This document shows positions 1 to 9,001 of a stretch of DNA of 64,000 nucleotides, one piece after another. The position numbers and the translations under genes were made by a program. This stretch comes from Candidatus Bathyarchaeota archaeon (GTDB lineage Archaea > Thermoproteota > Bathyarchaeia > Bathyarchaeales > Bathycorpusculaceae). Location of the stretch: assembly GCA_963770935.1 (NCBI GenBank), contig CAVYRJ010000011.1:32001-96000 (forward strand), in the 5' to 3' direction. Under the pieces are notes generated by a model. The model did no database searches and was not told where the DNA came from. It saw only the letters and a program-made list of their open reading frames with translations. Numbering within the stretch: position 1 is the first letter of the stretch; each line of letters starts with the position of its first letter.

Positions 1-566
1 CTAAGTAAACATATCTGTAAGCTCTTTGTGCGTATTTCCATTTTGACCTGTTAAAAATAGCAGTCCAAATGAAGACCGCAGGAGCGATTGCACATATTGC
101 CTGATCAAGTGCTGCGTGAGCTATTGCATTGCCAAAATTTCCAGTCTTAATTTCTTCTAAACTGTGATCTTTTATGTTGTAATGGTAAATTCCTTCATCT
201 ATGTCTTCTAAATTATTTACTACAACATATGTCTCGATTGGGTATAACGCGCCAGCGGACGGAGCCATTCGAAACTCGTAGCCGTGTTCTACTCTTTGGA
301 TGCCTGTTGACGCCCAAAGAAGAAAAGCCAAATCTATTTTGGTTAATGGTTGAGGCGAGAAGGCACGGGTACTTCTTCGTTTTCTGTATAACTTCGGTGA
401 AGACGGTTGTTGTCTCTTTTAACTGGCTTGGCAACCTTACTGCTTTGCTATTTGGATAACTCTTGTAAGTTTCTGGCTTGTTAGACCAATCCAAGTTGCC
501 ACCAAAATTTTCGTTTCGAGTGTACTTGGTCTCCTTCTGGAAATCGTCTCCTACAGGTGTCTGCAT
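1..566 (-). CDS. SagB/ThcOx-family nitroreductase-like dehydrogenase (frameshifted near 382; runs off window start)
   Basis: Removing one A from an A-run joins the ORF 213..566 N-terminus to RRSTRAF...LLWASTG...RTAPSAGALYPIETYV...GIYHY...KYAQRAYRYVYL, which are typical SagB/nitroreductase motifs. Confidence 0.85.
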
Positions 567-703
567 AAGTTAACCTCTTCTTAAATTTGTGTATTCAGAG
601 GAAGAACAAGCTTATTCAACAAAATTGATGTCAATAAGCGCCAATTATTCTCTGTATGTAAAGTTGTATTTAAATTGATTTGCTTTCCATGCGCTCGCTG
701 GTT

Positions 704-2506
704 TTAGATGAGGTAGGCTTCTGTGATGTATCTTCGCATTACCCACTGTGTTTGGAAGTAGTAGGCTATTTTTGCGATAGAGTTCTTCATCAATGTTATC
801 CAGGTGTCCTTTTGCCTGTAGAATGTTGGGCTGATTAGATATTCGAGTTTGCTGTAGAGGTCTTGGAGTTCTGCTTCTCTTCTTTCACTCTCAATTAGTA
901 GCTCTCTTGGGTGCGGACCAATTGCCCAGCCTGTCACGCCTTCAATACAGCCTTCCGTCCACCAACCGTCTAAAACGCTAAAGTTCACGACACCGTTATG
1001 GGCGGCTTTCATGCCGCTGGTTCCAGATGCTTCCATAGGCGGCAGAGGAGTGTTGAGCCATACATCAACGCCTGATGTAAGTTTAGCTGCTGTTTCCATG
1101 TTGTAGTTTTCTAGGTAAACTATGTCAATTTGGTCTTTTAGCTTAGTTGCGTAATCGTGAATTTGCCTTATGAGTTCCTTGCCGCCGGTATCATTTGGAT
1201 GGGCTTTTCCGGCAAAAATCATCTGAAATTTTTCTTTTCGGTTAATATCAGTGAGCCTGTGTAAGTCTGAGAAAATCAGAGTTGCACGTTTGTATCCTGT
1301 GGCTCTTCTGGCAAAGCCGATTGTCAGGGTTTCTGGATCCAGTGTTACGCCTTTGGTTTTTTCAACGGCGTTTAGCAGGTCAGTTTTTGCTTTGACATGA
1401 GTATCCCAGACTTCTCGATTTGGGATTTCGCTAGCTTTTGCAAGCAGTATGGGTTCGTTGGTCCATCCTGGGATGTACTTATCAAAGAGTTGTCTAAAGT
1501 ACAGGTTTGTCCATGTATAAGAGTGAACGCCGTTGGTCACTGCTCGGATGTAGCGGCCTGGGAAGAGCTTTCTGGAGTAATCCACATGTGCCAGTGAGAC
1601 GCCGTTAACGTATTTGCTTAAGTTCAATGCGAGATAAGCCATGTTTAGGTTTTCGTTGCCCGCATACTGCTTCATATCCGCAAGTAAGTATTCGTCGCCG
1701 AGGACTTGTTTAATCATTTCATACGTGAATTGGTCGAAGGCGGCTTCGACTGGACTGTGGGTGGTGAAGACGCAGAGGTTTTGAACTTTTTCTTCATCCA
1801 TATTGTTCTCTCTGAGGAGTTCAAGTGTTAAAAGACTTGAGTGGCCTTCGTTCATGTGGTACTTTCTGATTTTAAATGGCAGATTTTTAAGCATTCTAGT
1901 TCCGGCTATGCCAAGAACGATTTCTTGCTTGAGTCGATAGCGTTTATCGCCGCCGTACAGTGAGTCAGTTATTCCTCTGTCTTCGGGGGCATTTTCTTCC
2001 ATGTCTGTGTCTAGAAAAAGAATAGGTACCATGCCGCCTGTTATGCTCTGATATTCGTAGAGCCAAGCTTGCACCTTGACTGTGCGTCCTTCGATTTTTA
2101 CGGCGACTTTTTTGGGCATAAGTGTTAAGGTTTTAGCAGGGTCCCATTCGTCGGGAAATTCTAGTTGATCGCCTTGTGGGGTTAGTTTTTGTCTAAAGTA
2201 ACCTTTTCTACTTGCCATGGTGATGGCAACCATTTGGAGGCGCAAGTCGGCGCTGGATTTCACGATGTCGCCTGCTAAGACGCCTAAGCCGCCGCTGTAG
2301 GTTGGCATGCTACTGGATATTCCTATTTCCATGGAGAAATACGCTATTCGAGGATCATCCTGGAAATGTCGTCGGCAGTTTTCGCTGCAGAAACTGTATT
2401 TTTTTCCGCCGAATTTATCGCTTGCCACTTCTATTCTTGTTTGTAGGTTTTCAAAATCGATTTGAATTCCGCAAACGGGGCATCTTATAGATCCTGAATT
2501 ATCCAA
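704..2506 (-). CDS. glgP: alpha-glucan (glycogen/maltodextrin) phosphorylase with N-terminal YHS/TRASH-like metal-binding domain
   Basis: AYFSMEIG, YSGGLGVLAGD, HMNEGH, GFARR, AGKAHP and the PLP-lysine motif EASGTSGMK. N-terminus CPVCG...KKYSFCSENC. Confidence 0.93.
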   Translation of the reverse strand: MDNSGSIRCPVCGIQIDFENLQTRIEVASDKFGGKKYSFCSENCRRHFQDDPRIAYFSMEIGISSSMPTYSGGLGVLAGDIVKSSADLRLQMVAITMASRKGYFRQKLTPQGDQLEFPDEWDPAKTLTLMPKKVAVKIEGRTVKVQAWLYEYQSITGGMVPILFLDTDMEENAPEDRGITDSLYGGDKRYRLKQEIVLGIAGTRMLKNLPFKIRKYHMNEGHSSLLTLELLRENNMDEEKVQNLCVFTTHSPVEAAFDQFTYEMIKQVLGDEYLLADMKQYAGNENLNMAYLALNLSKYVNGVSLAHVDYSRKLFPGRYIRAVTNGVHSYTWTNLYFRQLFDKYIPGWTNEPILLAKASEIPNREVWDTHVKAKTDLLNAVEKTKGVTLDPETLTIGFARRATGYKRATLIFSDLHRLTDINRKEKFQMIFAGKAHPNDTGGKELIRQIHDYATKLKDQIDIVYLENYNMETAAKLTSGVDVWLNTPLPPMEASGTSGMKAAHNGVVNFSVLDGWWTEGCIEGVTGWAIGPHPRELLIESERREAELQDLYSKLEYLISPTFYRQKDTWITLMKNSIAKIAYYFQTQWVMRRYITEAYLI

Positions 2507-2562
2507 ACTTGGTACCAGTGAAGAGAACGGCGGCTCACTGATTGATATACGTATTGAAGGTG

Positions 2563-3021
2563 CTATTCTATTTGTGATGTTCCAGGCTGCGTAAACGGCT
2601 CAGTCATGCCCACAAGAAGTTTGCCAAATGTGTTGATGTGGGTTTCTTCTTCAGCCAAAATCTCCTCCAGCATTCGTCTTGTGGTGTAGTCGCCTTCATT
2701 AGCCGCTACTTGAATTGCTTGTTTGTAGAGGTTGATGGCTTTTTCTTCGTCCTGCTCGTTTTGTTTAAGCATTTCAATAAGGCTGCCCCGGACAAAAATC
2801 GGATCAGGCTTAATTGTTGCTACGCCGTTGAGGTAGTCTAATCGTTCAGCTAGGCGTTCGGCATGTTTCATTTCGGCGATGGCTGTCTTGCGGAAAATAT
2901 CTTCCACGATGACGCCGTCGGTTCCTGTTACTTGTACGTGTTGCCACATGTACTGTATACTGACTTGGAGTTCACGGGCAATGCCTTTGTTTAAATATTC
3001 TAAGAGTTTTTGAGAAGCCAA
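2563..3021 (-). CDS. ferritin-like/bacterioferritin-family di-iron protein
   Basis: EL...QY, EMKHAE, EE..AI..Y and EEETH ferroxidase-type motifs. Confidence 0.88.
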   Translation of the reverse strand: MASQKLLEYLNKGIARELQVSIQYMWQHVQVTGTDGVIVEDIFRKTAIAEMKHAERLAERLDYLNGVATIKPDPIFVRGSLIEMLKQNEQDEEKAINLYKQAIQVAANEGDYTTRRMLEEILAEEETHINTFGKLLVGMTEPFTQPGTSQIE

Positions 3022-3131
3022 AATTGATCCCTACAAAAAATAGGGTTAGTCATTATATAAATTGATTTCTAACAAAACACTGATCAAAGCCAAAAAACAT
3101 AAGAACTTAATCGCATCACACTCAAATTGCT

Positions 3132-3602
3132 GTGACAACAATGAAAACGCTAATAATCTGTTTTTCCTATCACCACAAAAACACTGAGAAACTCGCTTCA
3201 GTCTTCGCTAAAACTCTTGAAGCAGAAGTTAAAGCGCCCTCAGAAGTTGATCCAAATGGACTCTCTGAATTTGACTTGATTGGTTTTGGTTCAGGGATTT
3301 CTTTTGGAAATCACTACAAGATACTGTTGGATTTGGTTGACAATTTGCCTTCGGTAACCAACAAGAAAGCCTTCATATTCTCTACTAGCGGCCAGACAGG
3401 AAACCAACCTAAGTTCCACAAGAAGCTTCGAGAAAAACTTGCGTTTAAAGGTTTTAACGTTGTTGGAGAGTTTAACTGCGCAGGATTCGACACTTATGGT
3501 GTTCTCAAAATAGTTGGTGGAATACAGAAAGGTCATCCTACTGAAGATGACCTAAAGCAAGCAGAGGATTTCGTCAAAGGTTTAGTTCTTAAGAAGGAGT
3601 AA
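3132..3602 (+). CDS. flavodoxin family protein
   Basis: SYHHKNTEKLA FMN loop, DLIGFGSGI, AFIFSTSG, GHP..DL..A. Confidence 0.88.
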   Translation: MTTMKTLIICFSYHHKNTEKLASVFAKTLEAEVKAPSEVDPNGLSEFDLIGFGSGISFGNHYKILLDLVDNLPSVTNKKAFIFSTSGQTGNQPKFHKKLREKLAFKGFNVVGEFNCAGFDTYGVLKIVGGIQKGHPTEDDLKQAEDFVKGLVLKKE

Positions 3603-3608
3603 AACACC

Positions 3609-4166
3609 ATGAAAACTCTAATTGTTTATGGCACAAGATACGGCGCCACCATTGGTACTTCAGAAGAAATAGCCAAGATTCTCCAAGGCGAAGGCTTTGA
3701 TGTTAAGGTAGTAAACGCGAAAGAAGAGAAAATCAAAGACATCTCCACATACGACCTTATCGTTGTTGGAAGCGGCATGCAATTTGGAAGATGGACAGGT
3801 GAAGCTGAAGATATTCTAAAACGATTCCAAAAAGAACTTGCCCAAAAAAAAGTCGCGCTGTTTATTTCAACCATGAAAACAGTTACTGAGCGGGAAGGAA
3901 AAACTGAGGAGCTAGAAAAAACTCGAAAGATGGAACTTGAAGACAAGGTTACCAAGTACAATCTTCAACCAATAAGTTTGGGCTTCTTTGGCGGCGTTTT
4001 AGATTTCAACAAAATGAACATAATTACAAGAAAAACCCTCGGTTTCCTTAGACCACAGCTGGAGAAAGATGGATTCAAAGAGTCGCCGCCTGGGGTTTAC
4101 GAGTTGCGTGATTGGGAAGAAATCCGTGGATGGGCCAAAGAGCTAGCGGTTAAAGCGCGGCAGTAG
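3609..4166 (+). CDS. flavodoxin-domain protein (HemG/Flavodoxin_5-like)
   Basis: YGTRYGAT, DLIVVGSG, FFGG and C-terminal RDWEEIRGWA. Confidence 0.85.
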   Translation: MKTLIVYGTRYGATIGTSEEIAKILQGEGFDVKVVNAKEEKIKDISTYDLIVVGSGMQFGRWTGEAEDILKRFQKELAQKKVALFISTMKTVTEREGKTEELEKTRKMELEDKVTKYNLQPISLGFFGGVLDFNKMNIITRKTLGFLRPQLEKDGFKESPPGVYELRDWEEIRGWAKELAVKARQ

Positions 4167-4229
4167 CAATTGGTTTCTATTTTTTTTGAACAAATTATTT
4201 TTATGTTATAGTGTTAAATAGGCAACTAA

Positions 4230-4805
4230 GTGAGGAAAATAAGCTTGAGGAAAATCCTAAAAATCATAGCAGTGTTTGCTTTGTTGATAATAGTTGGAAT
4301 AGCCAGCTTTAGCATAGTAATATTGGATGTTGCAGGTACATTAGCCACAGATACAGACCCACTGCCTAATGGCGCACCAATCGGGCAAGCCATAGTTGTT
4401 TATGACCCTGGTTTAACTGGCGGTGCAAAAGATTTGGCAACAAAAATTGGTTACAAATTGCAGACTGAAGGCTACAATGTTGTTTTGGCAGGCGTTAAAA
4501 GCTCCACTGCTGCTAACATCACAGGCTACGACTTAATCGTGGTTGGTGGTCCAATTTACGCGGGCAAACCAGCCAGCACAATCCAATCATACTTAAACAA
4601 CCTCGCTCCACCAGCAAACGCTAAAGTCGGCGCTTTTGGAATTGGCTCAGTAAAAATCGATGACAACAACTCAACCGCAGTTATACAGGATGTAGCTTCG
4701 CTTCCAAGCGGCAGCCCAGTAACGCTTAATGCCGTCGTAAAAGTGGTTTCAGGCGATAACGTTGATGCTAAGTGCCAAACCTTCGTTACTAACTTGTTAA
4801 AGTAA
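4230..4805 (+). CDS. membrane-anchored flavodoxin-domain protein
   Basis: N-terminal hydrophobic helix, then VVYDPGLTG and YDLIVVGGPIYAG. Confidence 0.7.
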   Translation: MRKISLRKILKIIAVFALLIIVGIASFSIVILDVAGTLATDTDPLPNGAPIGQAIVVYDPGLTGGAKDLATKIGYKLQTEGYNVVLAGVKSSTAANITGYDLIVVGGPIYAGKPASTIQSYLNNLAPPANAKVGAFGIGSVKIDDNNSTAVIQDVASLPSGSPVTLNAVVKVVSGDNVDAKCQTFVTNLLK

Positions 4806-5481
4806 AATTATCTTCAGCAATCTTATTTTTTTGTTCTTCTTGCGGCTTGCTTCTTTTGCTTTTGACTATAGGGATGATGAATTCAAGAACCACAAGCAAC
4901 AATATGAGCGCAACAACTGCTGGCAACCCCCACGTGTTGTTCCTAAGAAAAAGAGTAACCCATCCAAAATAGGGTATACGCATAACCACTTTACCTATCA
5001 CATGGTTTTGAGGAACCCCTTGTCCAGTGCTCCATAGGGTTAGGGAATCGTATTCTTGATGTGAAGGTATCTTAGGCCACTTTTGGCCGTTGCCGTCGCC
5101 TTTCGTTTGGAAGTAGAGTGTTCCATTATCTTTGTATTTTTCCACTATGCGGTGAACGATTGGTGTGGCTGTGGGGTTGGTTGGGTTTTCGTATACTATT
5201 ACGTCGCTGTTGGGGTAGTTGGCGTTGAGGTCGGCTGGGTTTATTCGCTGGATAATTATTATGTCGCCTACGTGCAGGGTTTGTTCAAAAGGGTGACTCC
5301 AGCCGTCGCAGCCCCCGTCGTAGGTTACGCACATGCTGCCGCTTTCCACTACCCTGACAGGAACCGATGTGCCGAGCGCGAATTGTAAGCCAAAGAAAAG
5401 TCCCAAAACGACAGCAATGATTATCGCAATTACGATTGCCGACCTGACATACTCGTTTCGAATTATTGTAGCAACATTCAA
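4789..5481 (-). CDS. signal peptidase I (archaeal Sec11/S26B type)
   Basis: VVESGSM (catalytic Ser), GDIIII, PIVHR, TKGDGN and GKVVMRIPYFG. Confidence 0.9.
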   Translation of the reverse strand: MNVATIIRNEYVRSAIVIAIIIAVVLGLFFGLQFALGTSVPVRVVESGSMCVTYDGGCDGWSHPFEQTLHVGDIIIIQRINPADLNANYPNSDVIVYENPTNPTATPIVHRIVEKYKDNGTLYFQTKGDGNGQKWPKIPSHQEYDSLTLWSTGQGVPQNHVIGKVVMRIPYFGWVTLFLRNNTWGLPAVVALILLLVVLEFIIPIVKSKRSKPQEEQKNKIAEDNFTLTS

Positions 5482-5597
5482 TGTCTTGCCTTCAAGAGTT
5501 AACTCTTAAACAAAATGAAAACACCACTAATAAACCACATTCTTCTTGGATAGGAAACAAAAAATAGTTCCCCTCCAAGCTTTCATTTGGTTAGGGC

Positions 5598-6806
5598 ATG
5601 CTTAGATCTAAATGGACACAAAGAGCTTTCTATTTAATAATATGCACCATGGGCTTGTTTGCGATCCTGAGCTCAACTATGTCAAAAAACCCCGTTCTAA
5701 AACCCCTCGCCACCAGCCTTGGAACACCCGATGACTTACTGGGCATAGTGGCTTCCGCATCAACCATCCCTGGAATCCTCATCAGTTTACCTGCAGCCTC
5801 ACTCTCCGACGTTTTTGGCAGGCGCAAGGTTCTTTTGTTTGCTGCTTTTGTTTTTGCTTCCGCTCCTTTCCTGTATTTGGGGGTTAATTCTTGGTGGACG
5901 CTGGCGCTTGTACGTTTCTACCATGGATTTGCGACCGCAATCTTCATGCCTGTGGCTGAAGCCTCAATTGCGTCTTTGTTTCCGACCAAACGTGGGGAGC
6001 GTATTTCACTTTTTAATTCCGCAACCTCAGTGGGCAGGGGTTTGGCGCCGTTTTTGGGAGGTTACATACTTTTTGCAACCAACGAAAGCTTTTTCACTCT
6101 TTATGTTGCGGTTGGCATTGCTGGCGTGACTGCTTTTGTTATTGGGTTACTTTTTTTGGCTGAAAAAAGAACTTTTGCAGTTGGGACTCTGCCTGTAGAA
6201 AAGTTGCCGAGAAAAATGTTCAGCGGATGGCTTACCATAATTCAGAACAAGAGCGTTTTAGGAGTTAGCTTCGTTCAAGCTGTTCAATACTTTGTTTTTG
6301 GTTCAGTCGAGTTCTTTTTAGTCGGATATCTGACCGATATTGTAAAGTTGGATCTTTTTTCAGTAGGGATCATTGCTGGTAGTGAAATCGTGGCACTTGT
6401 TATTGCCAGACCATTAATCGGCAGAATCTCAGACAAGATAGGCAGAACTAAACCAATTATTGCAGGCATAGTGGCTAGTAGTTTCCTAATTGCGGCAATA
6501 CCGTTCACAACCCTGTTTCCTGTTCTGCTCGTGTTAGCGACTGCGTATGGAGTTTCTTTTGCTGCAGTCCTCTCTTCAACTTCGCCTATGGTTAGCGACC
6601 TGGTGCCAACTACTCTGGTTGGTGCCTCAATGGGGTTCCTCTCCACCACAATGGACATTGGACAAACCCTTGGACCCATAATCAGCGGCGTAATCTTTGC
6701 CAGTTATCTGCGATATCCCGGTTTATTCCTAACTCTGAGCTCTTTACTAATTACTTCAGGCATAATCTTTCTGCTATCAAAGAGACTTTCAACAAAGAAA
6801 GATTAG
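5598..6806 (+). CDS. MFS transporter
   Basis: About 12 hydrophobic segments; motif A copies SLSDVFGRRK and GRISDKIGR. Confidence 0.92.
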   Translation: MLRSKWTQRAFYLIICTMGLFAILSSTMSKNPVLKPLATSLGTPDDLLGIVASASTIPGILISLPAASLSDVFGRRKVLLFAAFVFASAPFLYLGVNSWWTLALVRFYHGFATAIFMPVAEASIASLFPTKRGERISLFNSATSVGRGLAPFLGGYILFATNESFFTLYVAVGIAGVTAFVIGLLFLAEKRTFAVGTLPVEKLPRKMFSGWLTIIQNKSVLGVSFVQAVQYFVFGSVEFFLVGYLTDIVKLDLFSVGIIAGSEIVALVIARPLIGRISDKIGRTKPIIAGIVASSFLIAAIPFTTLFPVLLVLATAYGVSFAAVLSSTSPMVSDLVPTTLVGASMGFLSTTMDIGQTLGPIISGVIFASYLRYPGLFLTLSSLLITSGIIFLLSKRLSTKKD

Positions 6807-6827
6807 CTAACCAAACTTTTACAGTGT

Positions 6828-8195
6828 TTAATTTGACTGAACTCTCGATCGCCAGACAATAAACTTCTTAAAGCCACTCGCCAACAAAGGCAAACCAACG
6901 CTAACCAACACCAATATGATGGCTGCGTTATGGAATGCTTGAAAATAACTCTCCTTGGGTGTAGAATAAACGTCGAAGGGGTAGTAAGTTACGGAGTCAA
7001 CGCCGAAAGACACAAACCCAATCCACTCATTCAAAAAAACTATGCTTTCAACCATTGAAGCCAAAAGCAAAACCATCCCAAATCCAACCAGAACTGGCTT
7101 AACAAAATGAATTGTCTTTTTCCAATTAACTGTTCTAATCAACATGCTGCTTTTTTGAGCTAAAGACGCAGCGAGTAAACAGTAAAACGGTAAAGCCAAA
7201 TAATTGTATTTGAAAACGCTAACATAAGGCACCGTTAGATGCAAACCAAACACCAAAAACAAATTCAACCCTGCAATCGCAGCTGCGGTTCCTACACAAA
7301 CAGCATCTAACCACAAAATCCTTGAAAACAGTTTTCTGTAGAAAACCGAGAGCCCCAAAGAAAATAGCCCCGCGGCAAACAGAAACCACCCTGCACTCTT
7401 AACAAGCACTATAGGCAAAAACAACAATGAAGGATCAGCAACAAGCACTGGATGTGTTATGTCGCTGCTAAAGTAAACTCCGAAAAAGTTTTGGTTCGCA
7501 AATCCTCCAAACCAAACCGCCTGCAAAACAAACGATGGCAAAACAAAGATCGTTACATTACGCAGCGTAAGTTTGAAGCTTAGTTCTTTTCTCTTAAGAA
7601 AAATCATAAGCAAAAGCGGAATCAACATAAAAACAGCGAAAAGCTTAGTCATTAGCGCCACGGCAAAAACTGCCCCTGCGGTCAGCAATAGCTTTTGGGA
7701 ATTTTTGTAGATAGCCAAAACCCCAACTATCAGAAAGAGCAGGCTGAAGAACATGCTTTGATTGTCGATGAGAAAAATTCTGGACATAAAAACATGCCAT
7801 GGAACTATGCCAAAGAGAGCAGCCGCAACCAGCCCAGTCTGCTTTCCATATAGCACGCTACCCAACGCATAGATGAGGACGACGCAGCCAAGCCCAAATG
7901 CAGTTGCGATGCCGACTCCGTTTAGATAAGTTAATCCGAATGCATGAAAAATTGGCGCGTCCATGTAGAAGCCTAGAGGTGGCTGATTAATCATAAGTCC
8001 ATTATCGACATAAGGAAAGCCGTGGGTAACAACGTTTGAGGCGGCTTGGTACTCAAGTTGGGCATCCCAGTTAGTGTAGGTGCCAGTTGAAACGGCAACA
8101 AGGAGGGCACCTATTAAAACTCCTATTATCGGGTAGTGCACACCTACGAGGGATTTGAAATTTTTCGTTTCCACCAAGTTATCCAGCAATAGCAT
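6828..8195 (-). CDS. GT-C fold (ArnT/PMT, family 39-like) glycosyltransferase
   Basis: Polytopic protein with WD...EY, NQPPL, SRIFLID and ALMTK motifs. Confidence 0.8.
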   Translation of the reverse strand: MLLLDNLVETKNFKSLVGVHYPIIGVLIGALLVAVSTGTYTNWDAQLEYQAASNVVTHGFPYVDNGLMINQPPLGFYMDAPIFHAFGLTYLNGVGIATAFGLGCVVLIYALGSVLYGKQTGLVAAALFGIVPWHVFMSRIFLIDNQSMFFSLLFLIVGVLAIYKNSQKLLLTAGAVFAVALMTKLFAVFMLIPLLLMIFLKRKELSFKLTLRNVTIFVLPSFVLQAVWFGGFANQNFFGVYFSSDITHPVLVADPSLLFLPIVLVKSAGWFLFAAGLFSLGLSVFYRKLFSRILWLDAVCVGTAAAIAGLNLFLVFGLHLTVPYVSVFKYNYLALPFYCLLAASLAQKSSMLIRTVNWKKTIHFVKPVLVGFGMVLLLASMVESIVFLNEWIGFVSFGVDSVTYYPFDVYSTPKESYFQAFHNAAIILVLVSVGLPLLASGFKKFIVWRSRVQSN

Positions 8196-8291
8196 ACTTG
8201 ATGCTCAAGATTTTAAAACTTCCCAATTAACCCGAAAACGCAAAAGCCTTAGTCAGCAACAAATATATCACTCCAAAATTATTCAAACCTT

Positions 8292-8627
8292 GTGAATCCA
8301 ATGACCCAAATAACTAAAAGGCCAGCAGCAATGTTTGCTATCGCTTTTTGGATGGCAATTAACATCTTTCTAATGATTACCCTCATTGCAGGCGGCGATT
8401 GGCAAGATCTGAACAATTGGATCGAAATTGCGCTTTGGGCAATCTCAATTCCCGCTTTGTTGTCGATGAAAAAGTGGGGCGTTGCCTTTGCCGTATTCAC
8501 TTTAATCTACACATTAAGCACAAGCATGGGTATCTTAATTTATTACCAAATTTGGATAAATGCTCTTAGAGTCATCATTAACGCTACAATAATTATCTAC
8601 TTGTTTAGGAGAATCTTCTCCAAATAA
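8292..8627 (+). CDS. small 4-TM hypothetical membrane protein
   Basis: 111-aa ORF with four hydrophobic stretches. Confidence 0.65.
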   Translation: MNPMTQITKRPAAMFAIAFWMAINIFLMITLIAGGDWQDLNNWIEIALWAISIPALLSMKKWGVAFAVFTLIYTLSTSMGILIYYQIWINALRVIINATIIIYLFRRIFSK

Positions 8628-9001
8628 GACTTGTCTTTCCTTTAAGGGCAAGTTGCTTAATTCGGGTTTATATCTGTTAGAAGATGCAACTAGTGTGAAA
8701 AGAAAAGTTGCAGTAGCAGTAGCAGCAGCATCTTCTCCTTACCCTCTGCAACTGTCCCTTTGTCGGTTCCTGCCAATGATCATAGTTCTGCCTCAACTAT
8801 TGGTGTTATGGAGTTGAGAAGAGAGCCTGCGTCTAGAAACGTCAAATCAACCAGTGATTCGTCATTATAGGTCTTTGTTGCAAATTGCTCTCTGGAACTG
8901 CTCATCTAAAAAATCCGCGTTAGCTTCAAAAAACGGGTGAGAGCGGTTTAACCTCTGTTGTTATTGAATGAAAAAAAGGGAGTTGTTTTGATTTTCTGCA
9001 G

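Noticed and set aside
1-566. RiPP (TOMM) biosynthetic cluster suggested by the SagB-like gene
   Set aside because: No YcaO or precursor peptide in view, and stand-alone SagB-type nitroreductases are common in archaea.
8640-8950. GCAGTA repeats and a short signal-peptide-like frame
   Set aside because: Too short and interrupted to support a gene or repeat element.
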